Assembly: GCA_017623895.1 (NCBI GenBank)
Contig: JAGAOB010000047.1
Coordinates: 1 to 62,228 of the forward strand
Direction: 5' to 3'
DNA length: 62,228 nt
Source: Clostridia bacterium
Lineage (GTDB): Bacteria; Bacillota; Clostridia; Oscillospirales; UBA644
Under the pieces are notes generated by a model. It did not search any database. It saw nothing but the letters and a program-made list of their open reading frames with translations, and was not told the origin of the DNA. Shown piece after piece: positions 45,665 to 54,409 of the stretch. A program made the position numbers and the translations under genes. Position 1 is the first letter of the stretch. Every line of letters starts with the position of its first letter.

Positions 45665-46573
45665 ATGGGAAAGTGTCTTCGTTGCGGTATGGAGGGACCC
45701 TTCGTACGTGTGGACGAGCAAGGTCTTTGCGTTATTTGTCGAAAACGAGCGCAAGGCTCCGCCCCCGTCTCCGCCCCCACCTCCGCGTCTCCGTCGATCC
45801 GTCCCTGCGATCTGAACCCCGAAGACGTAATTTCTCGGTACGTTTCTACTTATCATAATACCTATCCCGCCGAATATAACGTGGTGGATTACTACGTAGC
45901 GGAATTTCATTGTATGCTTGATTCTCTCCCCGTCGTCCCGATTCCGCGGATCGCCTGCGATGCGCCCGGGGAAGAATGGGAGGGCGTGATACTGAAGAAG
46001 TTTGACGGATGCTCCCTTGTGGATTGCTCCGATTTTGTGGCTCTGGATACGGAAACCACGGGTCTTGGGGGATCGTCGGAAATTGTGGAGGTGTCCGCGG
46101 TCCGCTTTGAGCACTTCCGACCCGTAGCGGTGTTCGAGACCTTGTGTAAGCCTTATCGTCGGATCCCCCTTGATGCCACTGCCGTTCACGGAATTACCAA
46201 CGACGACGTAAAGCTCTCCCCCCGATTTGCGGAGATTATTCCCGCATTGGACGAGTTTACCGACCGTCTACCCCTCGTTGCTCACAACGCCCCCTTCGAT
46301 ATGCGGATGCTTGCTCAGGAAGGATTCCCCACCGCAGGGCGTCAAGCCTTTGATACTTTGTCCCTTGCCCGAAGCATTTTGCGGGATAAGGATGGGAACA
46401 AGCTTGCCAGCTACGCGCTTTCCGAGGCGTGCAAGCAATGCGCCATTCTTTTTTCGGGGGCTCACCGATCCTCTGCCGACGCCCTTGCCGCGGGACTTCT
46501 GTTTTTAGAGTTGGCAAAGCGGCGATTCGGTACGGAAAATCTGTTGGACGGATTAGGTCTTTGGAAAAAATGA
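45665..46573 (+). CDS. DEDDh 3'-5' exonuclease (DnaQ-like) with N-terminal CxxC..CxxC zinc ribbon
   Basis: CLRCG...CVIC. Exo I is ALDTETTGL, Exo II is VAHNAPFDMRML, and Exo III is GAHRSSADA. Confidence 0.8.
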   Translation: MGKCLRCGMEGPFVRVDEQGLCVICRKRAQGSAPVSAPTSASPSIRPCDLNPEDVISRYVSTYHNTYPAEYNVVDYYVAEFHCMLDSLPVVPIPRIACDAPGEEWEGVILKKFDGCSLVDCSDFVALDTETTGLGGSSEIVEVSAVRFEHFRPVAVFETLCKPYRRIPLDATAVHGITNDDVKLSPRFAEIIPALDEFTDRLPLVAHNAPFDMRMLAQEGFPTAGRQAFDTLSLARSILRDKDGNKLASYALSEACKQCAILFSGAHRSSADALAAGLLFLELAKRRFGTENLLDGLGLWKK

Positions 46574-46601
46574 CTATTTCGTGAAGAATCTCTCTGCCCC
46601 C

Positions 46602-46630
46602 TTGACATTGTCTCCAAAATGGAGTATAAT
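46602..46630 (+). promoter_or_regulatory. consensus sigma-A promoter with no downstream CDS
   Basis: TTGACA (46602-07), a 17-nt spacer, TATAAT (46625-30). Confidence 0.65.
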
Positions 46631-46636
46631 AGCCGT

Positions 46637-46831
46637 AGAGAATGAAAGGGCTGACCAAACACACGATGCAAGGAGCTTTTTCGCCTGCAACGCTTTCCTT
46701 CTCCGCCACTTACTCCTTGTGATGTTTGTTGTGTGTTTGGGTGTTTATGGTTGCCTCTTCTATGTAGTTGAGGCAATCGTATCACCCACAGAAAATCAAG
46801 AATCCGTACCGCCGACAGGCGGTCTTTTTTT
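46637..46831 (+). ncRNA. candidate ~195-nt structured small RNA (unclassified)
   Basis: It starts about 7 nt after the -10 element. A long hairpin pairs ccaaacacac..caaggag with ctccttg..gtgtgtttgg. A second hairpin pairs ttgcctc with gaggcaa. A terminator follows (ccgcc gaca ggcgg plus T7), then a second terminator at 46838-46875. Confidence 0.4.
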
Positions 46832-47269
46832 ATGGGAAATGCGGTACTGTCATAGCAACAGTACCGCATTTTTATAGATGATGTCTTTTCTTTTTATAAT
46901 TCAAAGGATAAACCCCGAAGTGCACTCGCCGATTTTTTTATACGTTTCTCCTCCGTTTGTGTACAGGCACGATCTAATTATAAAATGGATCGTATAAGTC
47001 TATTTGTCAAGCCTCTATTTCGTATCATTATACGAAGCAAAGGTTGTTGGGATCACAAACGCGGGGAAGCGGTTTTTTACGATGTAGTAAATATGACATC
47101 ACTACATCTGAAATAAAAAAATGAGAAATCCCCTACCGCCGTTACTACGCAAAATGCGATTGACGACATACAAGGGGATTCCTCTGTTGCCCCATTATAG
47201 CAGAAAATGAAAAAAAAGTCAATGACGAAAGTTAGAACTTTTCCACTATATAGTTGCAGAGGTGATATT

Positions 47270-47470
47270 GTGACGTTGCGGATCTTGGAAATTTTGAAGG
47301 AAAAGGGTAAAACGAAATATTGGCTGTATATTCAGTTGGGGCTGAGCTATCAAAATTTTAATCGTATCGTGAACAACGAGACCAAGAGCATCAAGTTTGA
47401 AAATTTGAAGGCAATTTGCGACATTTTGGAATGTACTCCAAACGATTTATTCGAAGAACATTATAAATAA
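47270..47470 (+). CDS. XRE/Cro-type helix-turn-helix regulator (66 aa)
   Basis: I prefer the GTG start at 47270 (agaggtga RBS) over the upstream ATG at 47207. LRILEILKEKGKTKYWLYIQLGLSYQNFNRIVNNETKSIKFENLKAICDILECTPNDLF is a typical HTH_XRE sequence. Confidence 0.7.
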   Translation: MTLRILEILKEKGKTKYWLYIQLGLSYQNFNRIVNNETKSIKFENLKAICDILECTPNDLFEEHYK

Positions 47471-47589
47471 ATTCCGTCGTTTCCGAGCCCGGCCTCGATC
47501 TCTTTTGAGGTGGAGGCCTTTTATTTTTATTCCCCTTTTTGTATTCCGTCTGCGGATTGCGGGTGTAATTGTATCTTTTTTATGAAATC

Positions 47590-47640
47590 ACACAAGATAT
47601 AGTATTTTCCTCTTGACATTCCCACAAGATGTGGTATAAT
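47590..47640 (+). promoter_or_regulatory. two NrdR boxes overlapping the nrdD promoter
   Basis: acacaagatatagtat (47590-605) and ccacaagatgtggtat (47622-37) lie 32 bp apart. They overlap TTGACA (47613-18) and TGgTATAAT (47632-40). Confidence 0.75.
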
Positions 47641-47722
47641 AGTAATGCACCCATTCGCAGGGGGAATTTGCGTAAAAAACAATTTTACATAGAAAAAATC
47701 AAGGAAAATCGAGGGAAAAACG

Positions 47723-49897
47723 ATGAAAGTAATCAAACGCAACGGCTCGGAAGTGGTCTTTGACATTACCAAGATCATCACCGCAATCACCAAAGCCAAC
47801 GACGCCGTAGAAGAAGAGGTCCGTATGACCCCTATGCAGATCCGTCGCATCGCTGAGGCGGTGGAGCTGAACTGCATCCGAATGAACCGCGCCCCCGGCG
47901 TGGAAGAAATTCAGGACTTGGTGGAAAGCCAGATTATGGCACACGGGAATTACGAGGTGGCGAAGAAGTATATTACCTATCGCTATACTCGCAACCTGGT
48001 CCGCAAATCCAACACCACCGACGAACGGATTCTGAGCCTGATCGAATGCTGCAACGAGGAAGCAAAGCAGGAAAATGCCAACAAAAACCCCACCGTCAAC
48101 AGCGTTCAGCGGGACTATATGGCAGGGGAAGTCAGCCGTGATTTGACCGAGCGTCTTCTGTTGCCCCCCGAAATCGTGGAGGCTCATAAAGAGGGAATCA
48201 TCCATTTCCACGACGCAGACTACTACGCCCAGCATATGCACAACTGCGACCTTGTCAATCTGGAGGATATGCTTCAGAACGGCACCGTAATTTCGGGCAC
48301 GATGATCGAGCGTCCTCATTCCTTCTCTACGGCTTGTAATATTGCCACGCAGATCATTGCACAGGTGGCAAGCAACCAATACGGCGGTCAATCCATTTCT
48401 CTTACCCATCTGGCGCCCTTCGTTCAGGTCAGCCGCGAAAAGATCATCAAGGCGATGACCGAGGAGTTGGCAGATGCGGGCATTGCCGTGACCGAGGAGC
48501 AATTTTCCAAGATGGTAGAGAACCGCTTGCGGGAAGAAATCCGCAGAGGTGTTCAGACCATTCAGTATCAGGTCGTCACCCTGTTGACCACCAATGGGCA
48601 GGCTCCCTTCGTCACCGTCTTTATGTATTTGGGCGAGGCGAAAAACGAGCAGGAGAAGAAGGATCTTGCCATCATCATTGAAGAGACTCTGCTGCAGCGT
48701 TACCGTGGGGTAAAGAACGAGGACGGCGTCTACGTCACTCCCGCCTTCCCCAAGCTGATCTACGTGCTGGAGGAGCAGAATATTCACCCCGATTCTCCCT
48801 ATTATTACCTCACCGAGCTTTCCGCAAAATGCACCGCCAAGCGTATGGTTCCCGACTATATTTCCGAAAAGAAGATGCTGGAGCTGAAGGTGGACAAGAA
48901 CGGCGACGGTCATTGCTATACCTGTATGGGTTGCCGTTCCTTCCTTACTCCCTACGTGGATGAAAACGGAAAGCCCAAGTACTACGGCCGCTTTAATCAG
49001 GGTGTCGTTACCATCAATCTGGTGGACGTAGCTCTGTCCTCGGGCGGAAACGTAGAAAAATTCTGGAAGATCTTTGACGAACGGTTAGAGCTGTGCCACA
49101 AGGCTCTTCTTTGCCGTCACGAGCGCCTGAAGGGAACCCTCTCCGACGCAGCCCCCATTCTGTGGCAGCACGGTGCTTTAGCCCGTCTTGAGAAGGGTGA
49201 GCCCATCGATAAGCTCTTGTTCGGCGGCTATTCCACTATTTCCCTGGGATATGCGGGTTTGTACGAGTGCGTGAAATATATGACGGGAAAATCTCACACC
49301 GATCCCTCTGCTACGCCCTTTGCCCTTGACGTAATGAAATATATGAACGATGCCTGCAAGAAGTGGAAGGAAGCCCACCACATCGACTTCAGCCTTTACG
49401 GGACGCCGCTGGAATCCACCACCTACAAATTCGCCAAGTGTCTGCAGAAGCGCTTCGGCGTCGTAGAGGGCATCAACGACAAGGGATATATCACCAACAG
49501 CTACCACATCCACGTCACCGAGGAGATCGACGCCTTCTCCAAGTTAGCCTTTGAGGCGCAGTTCCAAGCCCTTTCTCCGGGCGGCGCCATCAGCTACGTG
49601 GAGGTCCCCGATATGCAGAACAACCTGGAAGCCGTTATGCAGGTGATCAAATTCATCTACGATAACATTATGTACGCGGAGTTAAATACCAAATCCGACT
49701 ACTGCCAATGCTGCGGCTGGGACGGGGAGATCTCCATTGAGGAGGAAGACGGAAAGCTGATTTGGAAATGCCCCAAGTGCGGCAACACCGATCAGGCTAA
49801 GATGAACGTTGCCCGCCGTACCTGCGGTTATATCGGAACCCAGTATTGGAATCAGGGCCGTACGCAGGAAATTAAGGAACGGGTTTTGCATCTGTAA
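47723..49897 (+). CDS. nrdD: anaerobic ribonucleoside-triphosphate reductase
   Basis: ATP-cone N-terminus, a C-terminal zinc site (CQCCGWDG...CPKCG), and the glycyl radical motif RRTCGYIG. Confidence 0.95.
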   Translation: MKVIKRNGSEVVFDITKIITAITKANDAVEEEVRMTPMQIRRIAEAVELNCIRMNRAPGVEEIQDLVESQIMAHGNYEVAKKYITYRYTRNLVRKSNTTDERILSLIECCNEEAKQENANKNPTVNSVQRDYMAGEVSRDLTERLLLPPEIVEAHKEGIIHFHDADYYAQHMHNCDLVNLEDMLQNGTVISGTMIERPHSFSTACNIATQIIAQVASNQYGGQSISLTHLAPFVQVSREKIIKAMTEELADAGIAVTEEQFSKMVENRLREEIRRGVQTIQYQVVTLLTTNGQAPFVTVFMYLGEAKNEQEKKDLAIIIEETLLQRYRGVKNEDGVYVTPAFPKLIYVLEEQNIHPDSPYYYLTELSAKCTAKRMVPDYISEKKMLELKVDKNGDGHCYTCMGCRSFLTPYVDENGKPKYYGRFNQGVVTINLVDVALSSGGNVEKFWKIFDERLELCHKALLCRHERLKGTLSDAAPILWQHGALARLEKGEPIDKLLFGGYSTISLGYAGLYECVKYMTGKSHTDPSATPFALDVMKYMNDACKKWKEAHHIDFSLYGTPLESTTYKFAKCLQKRFGVVEGINDKGYITNSYHIHVTEEIDAFSKLAFEAQFQALSPGGAISYVEVPDMQNNLEAVMQVIKFIYDNIMYAELNTKSDYCQCCGWDGEISIEEEDGKLIWKCPKCGNTDQAKMNVARRTCGYIGTQYWNQGRTQEIKERVLHL

Positions 49898-49903
49898 AAG
49901 ATT

Positions 49904-50449
49904 ATGAATTACTGTAATATCAAATATTGCGACATTGCCAACGGCGAGGGGGTTCGCACTACCCTGTTCGTTTCGGGATGCACCAATCATTGCGAGGAGT
50001 GCTTTCAGCCCGAAACGTGGGATTTTCATTACGGCGAGCCCTTTACCGAGGAGCAACAGACCGCCATCTCCAAGTCCTTAGATCCCTACTATGTCAACGG
50101 TCTGACCCTGTTGGGCGGAGAGCCCTTTGAGCCTCAAAATCAGCGGGCACTGGTCCCCTTCCTGAAAAAGATCCGACAGGAGCACCCCGAAAAAACGGTT
50201 TGGTGCTTTACGGGATTTACCCTGGATAAGGAGCTTTGGGTAGACGGCTCTTACCCCCGATGCGAGGTCACCGATGAGATGCTCTCGATGATCGACGTTT
50301 TGGTGGACGGACGGTACGTGAAAGCCCTGCACGATATCTCTCTGCGCTTTCGCGGATCCTCCAATCAACGGGTCATCGATCTGAACAAGACCCGAGCCGC
50401 AGGCGAGATCGTCCTGTGGGATGACGGCCGAGGCAGACAATACAAATAA
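49904..50449 (+). CDS. nrdG: anaerobic RNR activating protein (radical SAM)
   Basis: The GCTNHCEEC cluster motif. It follows nrdD. Confidence 0.92.
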   Translation: MNYCNIKYCDIANGEGVRTTLFVSGCTNHCEECFQPETWDFHYGEPFTEEQQTAISKSLDPYYVNGLTLLGGEPFEPQNQRALVPFLKKIRQEHPEKTVWCFTGFTLDKELWVDGSYPRCEVTDEMLSMIDVLVDGRYVKALHDISLRFRGSSNQRVIDLNKTRAAGEIVLWDDGRGRQYK

Positions 50450-50452
50450 TGA

Positions 50453-50481
50453 GAATCCCCCCATTACGGGGGGATTCTTTT
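50453..50481 (+). terminator. rho-independent terminator
   Basis: gaatcccccc / ggggggattc stem followed by T4. A second hairpin with a T9 run on the opposite strand at 50485-50530 serves the convergent transporter gene. Confidence 0.75.
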
Positions 50482-50537
50482 GCAAAAAAAAAGCACGTGC
50501 TTTATTGTCTGTCGTGCTTTTCAAAAACACACTACCA

Positions 50538-51947
50538 TTATCGTTCTTCGTGTTTTTCCCTTAACCGTGCCACGTTTTGTTCCACCTGCTTTTTGTGAAG
50601 AGGATACCAAAGCCATAAAATCAGCCCCAAGGCGGCAAAGCCGATGGCGGGGACGAGGGTGGAAATGTTAAAGATTCCGTTGAGCACTTGAGAGGATTGG
50701 GGCTCCCCCGAAAGGACGGCGGATTGATCGTATCCGATGACGGTCAGAAGCCAGCCCGACGTTCCCGCCGCCAACGCCTGCCCCAATTTGCGGGCAAAGG
50801 AGTATAAGGCGTAGATCGACCCGTCCTCCCGAATCCCGTTTTTCAACTCGGAAGCGTCGATTACGTCGGTGATCAGCGCCCAAGACACCATAGAAAAGAT
50901 GCCCAACCCCAGCCAACTCAGGGTCTGAATTCCAATATATACCCATACGTTTTGGGGACGCAGAAAAAACAAAAACAGGCATACGGCGGCGGCAAACAGA
51001 TTGGAAACTGCCGAAATTTCTGCTTTCCCGAACCGTTTGCTCAAGGGCTTTGCCAGCAAGGCTGCGGCTACCATCCCGCCCATCATACACACCGTGGATG
51101 CCGATTGTGCCGCGGCGTTGTTGTAGTAGTCAGGAAAGATATAGGACGCCATATTTTGCAGGGTCAGTTGGGCCAAGAGCATCACCACAGAGGCTCCGAT
51201 GATGGAAATCAACGCCCGATTTTTTACGGCGTTTGAAAACATTGCTTTTACCGAATGGAGCTGATGCTGTTCCCGTGACGCTTCCGAAAGAACCCGTTCC
51301 GTGGTCAGAAAATAGCATAACAGATAGCACGCGACAGATAAAAGGGAAAAAATCCCCGCGATGACCGTCACCTTGCTTCCGTTGATTACGGTCTGTTCTC
51401 CCACCTTATCGTAGGCAAACAGAGGAATCCCCACCCCCACGATCAGTCCTGCCAGAGTTCCTCCCATCGTTCTGTAGGTGGATAGGGACTGACGGTCTGC
51501 GGGGTCTGCGGAAATGGCCGAGGCCATAGATCCGTAGGGGATGTTGATGGAGGTGTAGAACACGGATCCCCACAAAACGTAGGTTGCAAGGAGCCAAAGA
51601 ATTTTGATCGGCTCGGGGGCGGAGGCCAAGGAGGACTGATAAAGAAGGAAGGATGCGATTGCCACGGGCCCGCACATCCGCAGAAGCCAAGGCTTGAATT
51701 TTCCTGCCCTTGTGATGGGACTTTTATCGCAGATCCGCCCCATCGCTACGTCGGTAAAGGCATCCGCAAAGCGGGCCACCATCATAACCGTTCCCACCGT
51801 TGCGCCCGAAATCCCGATTACATCGGTATAAAACTTCAGCAAAAGCATCGTGGAAAGCAGAAAGGTAAAATCGTTTCCGAAATCTCCGAACAGGTATCCC
51901 AATTTATCCCGAAATCCGAAAGGACGGGCCGTTTTATTCCGTTTCAT
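50538..51947 (-). CDS. GPH-family (glycoside-pentoside-hexuronide) cation symporter
   Basis: I chose the start at MKRNKTARPFGFRDKLGYLFGDFGNDF, with a ggagg RBS. It is a 12-TM MelB/UidB-like protein. The ORF-track 5' extension is rejected. Confidence 0.85.
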   Translation of the reverse strand: MKRNKTARPFGFRDKLGYLFGDFGNDFTFLLSTMLLLKFYTDVIGISGATVGTVMMVARFADAFTDVAMGRICDKSPITRAGKFKPWLLRMCGPVAIASFLLYQSSLASAPEPIKILWLLATYVLWGSVFYTSINIPYGSMASAISADPADRQSLSTYRTMGGTLAGLIVGVGIPLFAYDKVGEQTVINGSKVTVIAGIFSLLSVACYLLCYFLTTERVLSEASREQHQLHSVKAMFSNAVKNRALISIIGASVVMLLAQLTLQNMASYIFPDYYNNAAAQSASTVCMMGGMVAAALLAKPLSKRFGKAEISAVSNLFAAAVCLFLFFLRPQNVWVYIGIQTLSWLGLGIFSMVSWALITDVIDASELKNGIREDGSIYALYSFARKLGQALAAGTSGWLLTVIGYDQSAVLSGEPQSSQVLNGIFNISTLVPAIGFAALGLILWLWYPLHKKQVEQNVARLREKHEER

Positions 51948-52004
51948 TGCCAAAACCTCCTTGCAGGCTCTTTCGGTAGTGTGCCGCAAAAACGGAGAAT
52001 TATC

Positions 52005-52042
52005 ACAAAAAAGGACAGAGCACGCAATGTGCTCTGTCCTTT
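52005..52042 (-). terminator. terminator after the GH2 gene
   Basis: On the minus strand, ggacagagcac / gtgctctgtcc stem followed by T6. Confidence 0.8.
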
Positions 52043-52054
52043 GAATAATGTTCT

Positions 52055-54304
52055 TTATTTTTTCTTGGGTTTTTTGATGCGGTTGAGCTGGCGATTCATC
52101 TTGAGCAGCTCTTCTTTTGTGAACTTGATGTTCATCGCTCCCACCAGGGTGGTGAGCCGAAGCACGGTAAAGCCGCCCATCATTTTCCGAATTCCTTCGC
52201 TCTGCATATTGAATCCGCCTGCGCCTTCCTTGTTCCCCAGACCCTTCATCATCTTTGCGGCAAGCTTGGTGAACCACAGCTTTCCGCGGAAGGTCGCCAT
52301 AATATCCTCCAGCGTATCGTTGAGGGAGAAGCGTCCTTCGGGTTGGGTGATGTCAAACCAGTTGAGAACGGCCCCCACTTCCTTCAACACGTAGTCGGGG
52401 TTAGGCTGATCCACCTTGCGCAGCGTGGATTGGTCGGTGCAGTCTCCCGCAACGGCCTTCAGGGTGGACTCACCCACGTTCTTTACTTGGAAATAGAAGA
52501 AATGGTTGTCGGAGGTCTGCTTTCCGATGCTTTCGCCGTTGACGAACAGCTCGACCTCGGGCAGGTTGGAGTAAACGGTCACCTTCGTTACGTCTTCTAC
52601 GCGGTCCACGTAACGCTTTCCGCACAGATGGACGAAGGGATCGTCGGAAAGCCACGCCTTATAGGCATAGAACGAATCCTTTTTGTATTTCCGATCCATC
52701 GTGACCAGCCCTTTATGGTTCTGGCCGTTTTCTCCGCCCTCGGCACGGGCGTCGGCACCGAAGTCAAACATATTCCACACGTGAGTTGCCCAAAGATAGG
52801 GACGGGTGTAGAGTTGCTTGATCAATTCCTCGTGATAGTACGCCTGATATTCTTCGGTATAGTCTCCCTGACGGGGATCGGAGGTGTGCCAATTCAGTGC
52901 TTCGCATCCGTATTCACTGACTCCGATGGGCTTATTGGGGAATTTTGCGTGGAAGTCGTCAAACCAAGGACCGTTCATATCGGTGTTCCCGCCGTACCAG
53001 CCGAAATAGTGGTTGTAAGACACCACGTCGGGAATCTGAACGTATTCCTCGTTTATATCGCACATAGAAACGCAGGCCATCGTGGTCAGGCGGGTGCGAT
53101 CCATCTCGTGGACCAGATCGTTGAGAATGTGGTGGTTCTCTAAAAGATCGGGATCCTTCGCCCCCGACATCGTAATCTCGTTGGAAAGACCCCAGACCAC
53201 GATAGAGGGGTGGTTATAATTCTGGGTAATCAGCTCCTTCATCTGGGAGATGGTGTTTTCTCTTCCCGTGGGCATATGATTGGAGATATACGGAATTTCC
53301 GCCCACAAAACCAAGCCCTTTTCGTCACAAAGGTCGTAGAAATACTGATCGTGCTGATAATGGGCAAGACGGATGGTGGTTGACCCGACCTCCATAATCA
53401 GATCCATATCTTCTTCGTGATGCTCGGGCAAAAGGGCATTGCCTACACCCCAACGGTCCTGATGGCGGGAAACTCCGCGGAGAGGATATTCCTCGCCGTT
53501 GAGGATGAATCCTCGTTCGGGATCGATCTCAAAGCTACGGCATCCGAAGCGGGTACAAACGGCGTCGATCTCTTCTTCTCCCCGCAAAATTACAGCGCTT
53601 GCGGTGTACAGATAGGGATCCTTGCGTCCGTTCCAAAGGTGAGCGTTGGGAAGAACGAAGGAAGCCTTAGGATCGTTCCCTCCCCATTCTCCCACCGTTT
53701 TTCCGTCGGCGTCGGTCAAGGTGTAACGGATCTGATCTCCCTCGGCAAGATCGGTCACGTAAACGGCGACGTCCACGTTGCAGTCAGCACCGTTCATTAC
53801 GGGCGTTACGGCAATGCCGGGGCCTCCGTAATAATCCAGATCGAAATGGGTCTTGTTGACCGCGATCAGATTGACGTTGCGGTACAATCCGCCGTAAAAG
53901 GTAAAGTCTGCCATTTGGGGATAAACGCGGTCGTTGGGAGCATTGTCCACCAAAACGGAAAGGATATTGTCCTCCCCGATCTCGGCGGTCAGATTGACTC
54001 TCCAGGTGGAGTATCCGCCGTCGTGATGGGCAAGATGCTTGCCGTTCAAATAAACGTCAGCGGAGGAGTTTGCACCCAACAGCTCCAAATAATATTCTTC
54101 TCCTGCGGGCAGGTCAGCCTTTGCAAACGCCTTTACATAACAGCAGGTTCCGCGGAAGTAATCGTTGCCGCCGTCCATCCCGTCTTCGGCATTCCACGTG
54201 TGGGGAAGATTTACGGTTTCCCATTGGGGATCAAGGACAGATTGAGCTTCGGAAACGTTTTTTGCGAAGCTCCATTTTTCGTTAAAATTCAAAACGGTTC
54301 TCAT
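52055..54304 (-). CDS. GH2 glycoside hydrolase, probable beta-glucuronidase
   Basis: I chose the start at MRTVLNFNEKW. NHPSIVVWGLSNE is the acid/base motif, VSEYG the nucleophile, and YNHYFGWY is present. GQNHKG corresponds to the N-x-K glucuronate-carboxylate motif of E. coli GUS (GGNKKG). Hexuronate catabolism genes surround it. Confidence 0.8.
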   Translation of the reverse strand: MRTVLNFNEKWSFAKNVSEAQSVLDPQWETVNLPHTWNAEDGMDGGNDYFRGTCCYVKAFAKADLPAGEEYYLELLGANSSADVYLNGKHLAHHDGGYSTWRVNLTAEIGEDNILSVLVDNAPNDRVYPQMADFTFYGGLYRNVNLIAVNKTHFDLDYYGGPGIAVTPVMNGADCNVDVAVYVTDLAEGDQIRYTLTDADGKTVGEWGGNDPKASFVLPNAHLWNGRKDPYLYTASAVILRGEEEIDAVCTRFGCRSFEIDPERGFILNGEEYPLRGVSRHQDRWGVGNALLPEHHEEDMDLIMEVGSTTIRLAHYQHDQYFYDLCDEKGLVLWAEIPYISNHMPTGRENTISQMKELITQNYNHPSIVVWGLSNEITMSGAKDPDLLENHHILNDLVHEMDRTRLTTMACVSMCDINEEYVQIPDVVSYNHYFGWYGGNTDMNGPWFDDFHAKFPNKPIGVSEYGCEALNWHTSDPRQGDYTEEYQAYYHEELIKQLYTRPYLWATHVWNMFDFGADARAEGGENGQNHKGLVTMDRKYKKDSFYAYKAWLSDDPFVHLCGKRYVDRVEDVTKVTVYSNLPEVELFVNGESIGKQTSDNHFFYFQVKNVGESTLKAVAGDCTDQSTLRKVDQPNPDYVLKEVGAVLNWFDITQPEGRFSLNDTLEDIMATFRGKLWFTKLAAKMMKGLGNKEGAGGFNMQSEGIRKMMGGFTVLRLTTLVGAMNIKFTKEELLKMNRQLNRIKKPKKK

Positions 54305-54409
54305 AGGGCATACCCTTTCGTTTTTTTTGATATTATGAGCCAAATACGGCTTCAAAATACGGCGCCCGACAAGATAGTGACCGTCGGACGCCGTAATTTT
54401 ACGAGAATA

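Noticed and set aside
46642-46722. 26-codon ORF (MKGLTKHTMQGAFSPATLSFSATYSL) inside the sRNA candidate
   Set aside because: It has no convincing RBS and would start ~5 nt from the predicted transcription start. It overlaps the strongest helices. I cannot exclude a leaderless micro-ORF, but there is no positive support for it.
46637-46831. 6S RNA
   Set aside because: The size (~195 nt) fits. However, the 5' and 3' ends do not pair into the long closed rod with a central bubble. The fold is two independent hairpins plus a terminator. It is left unclassified.
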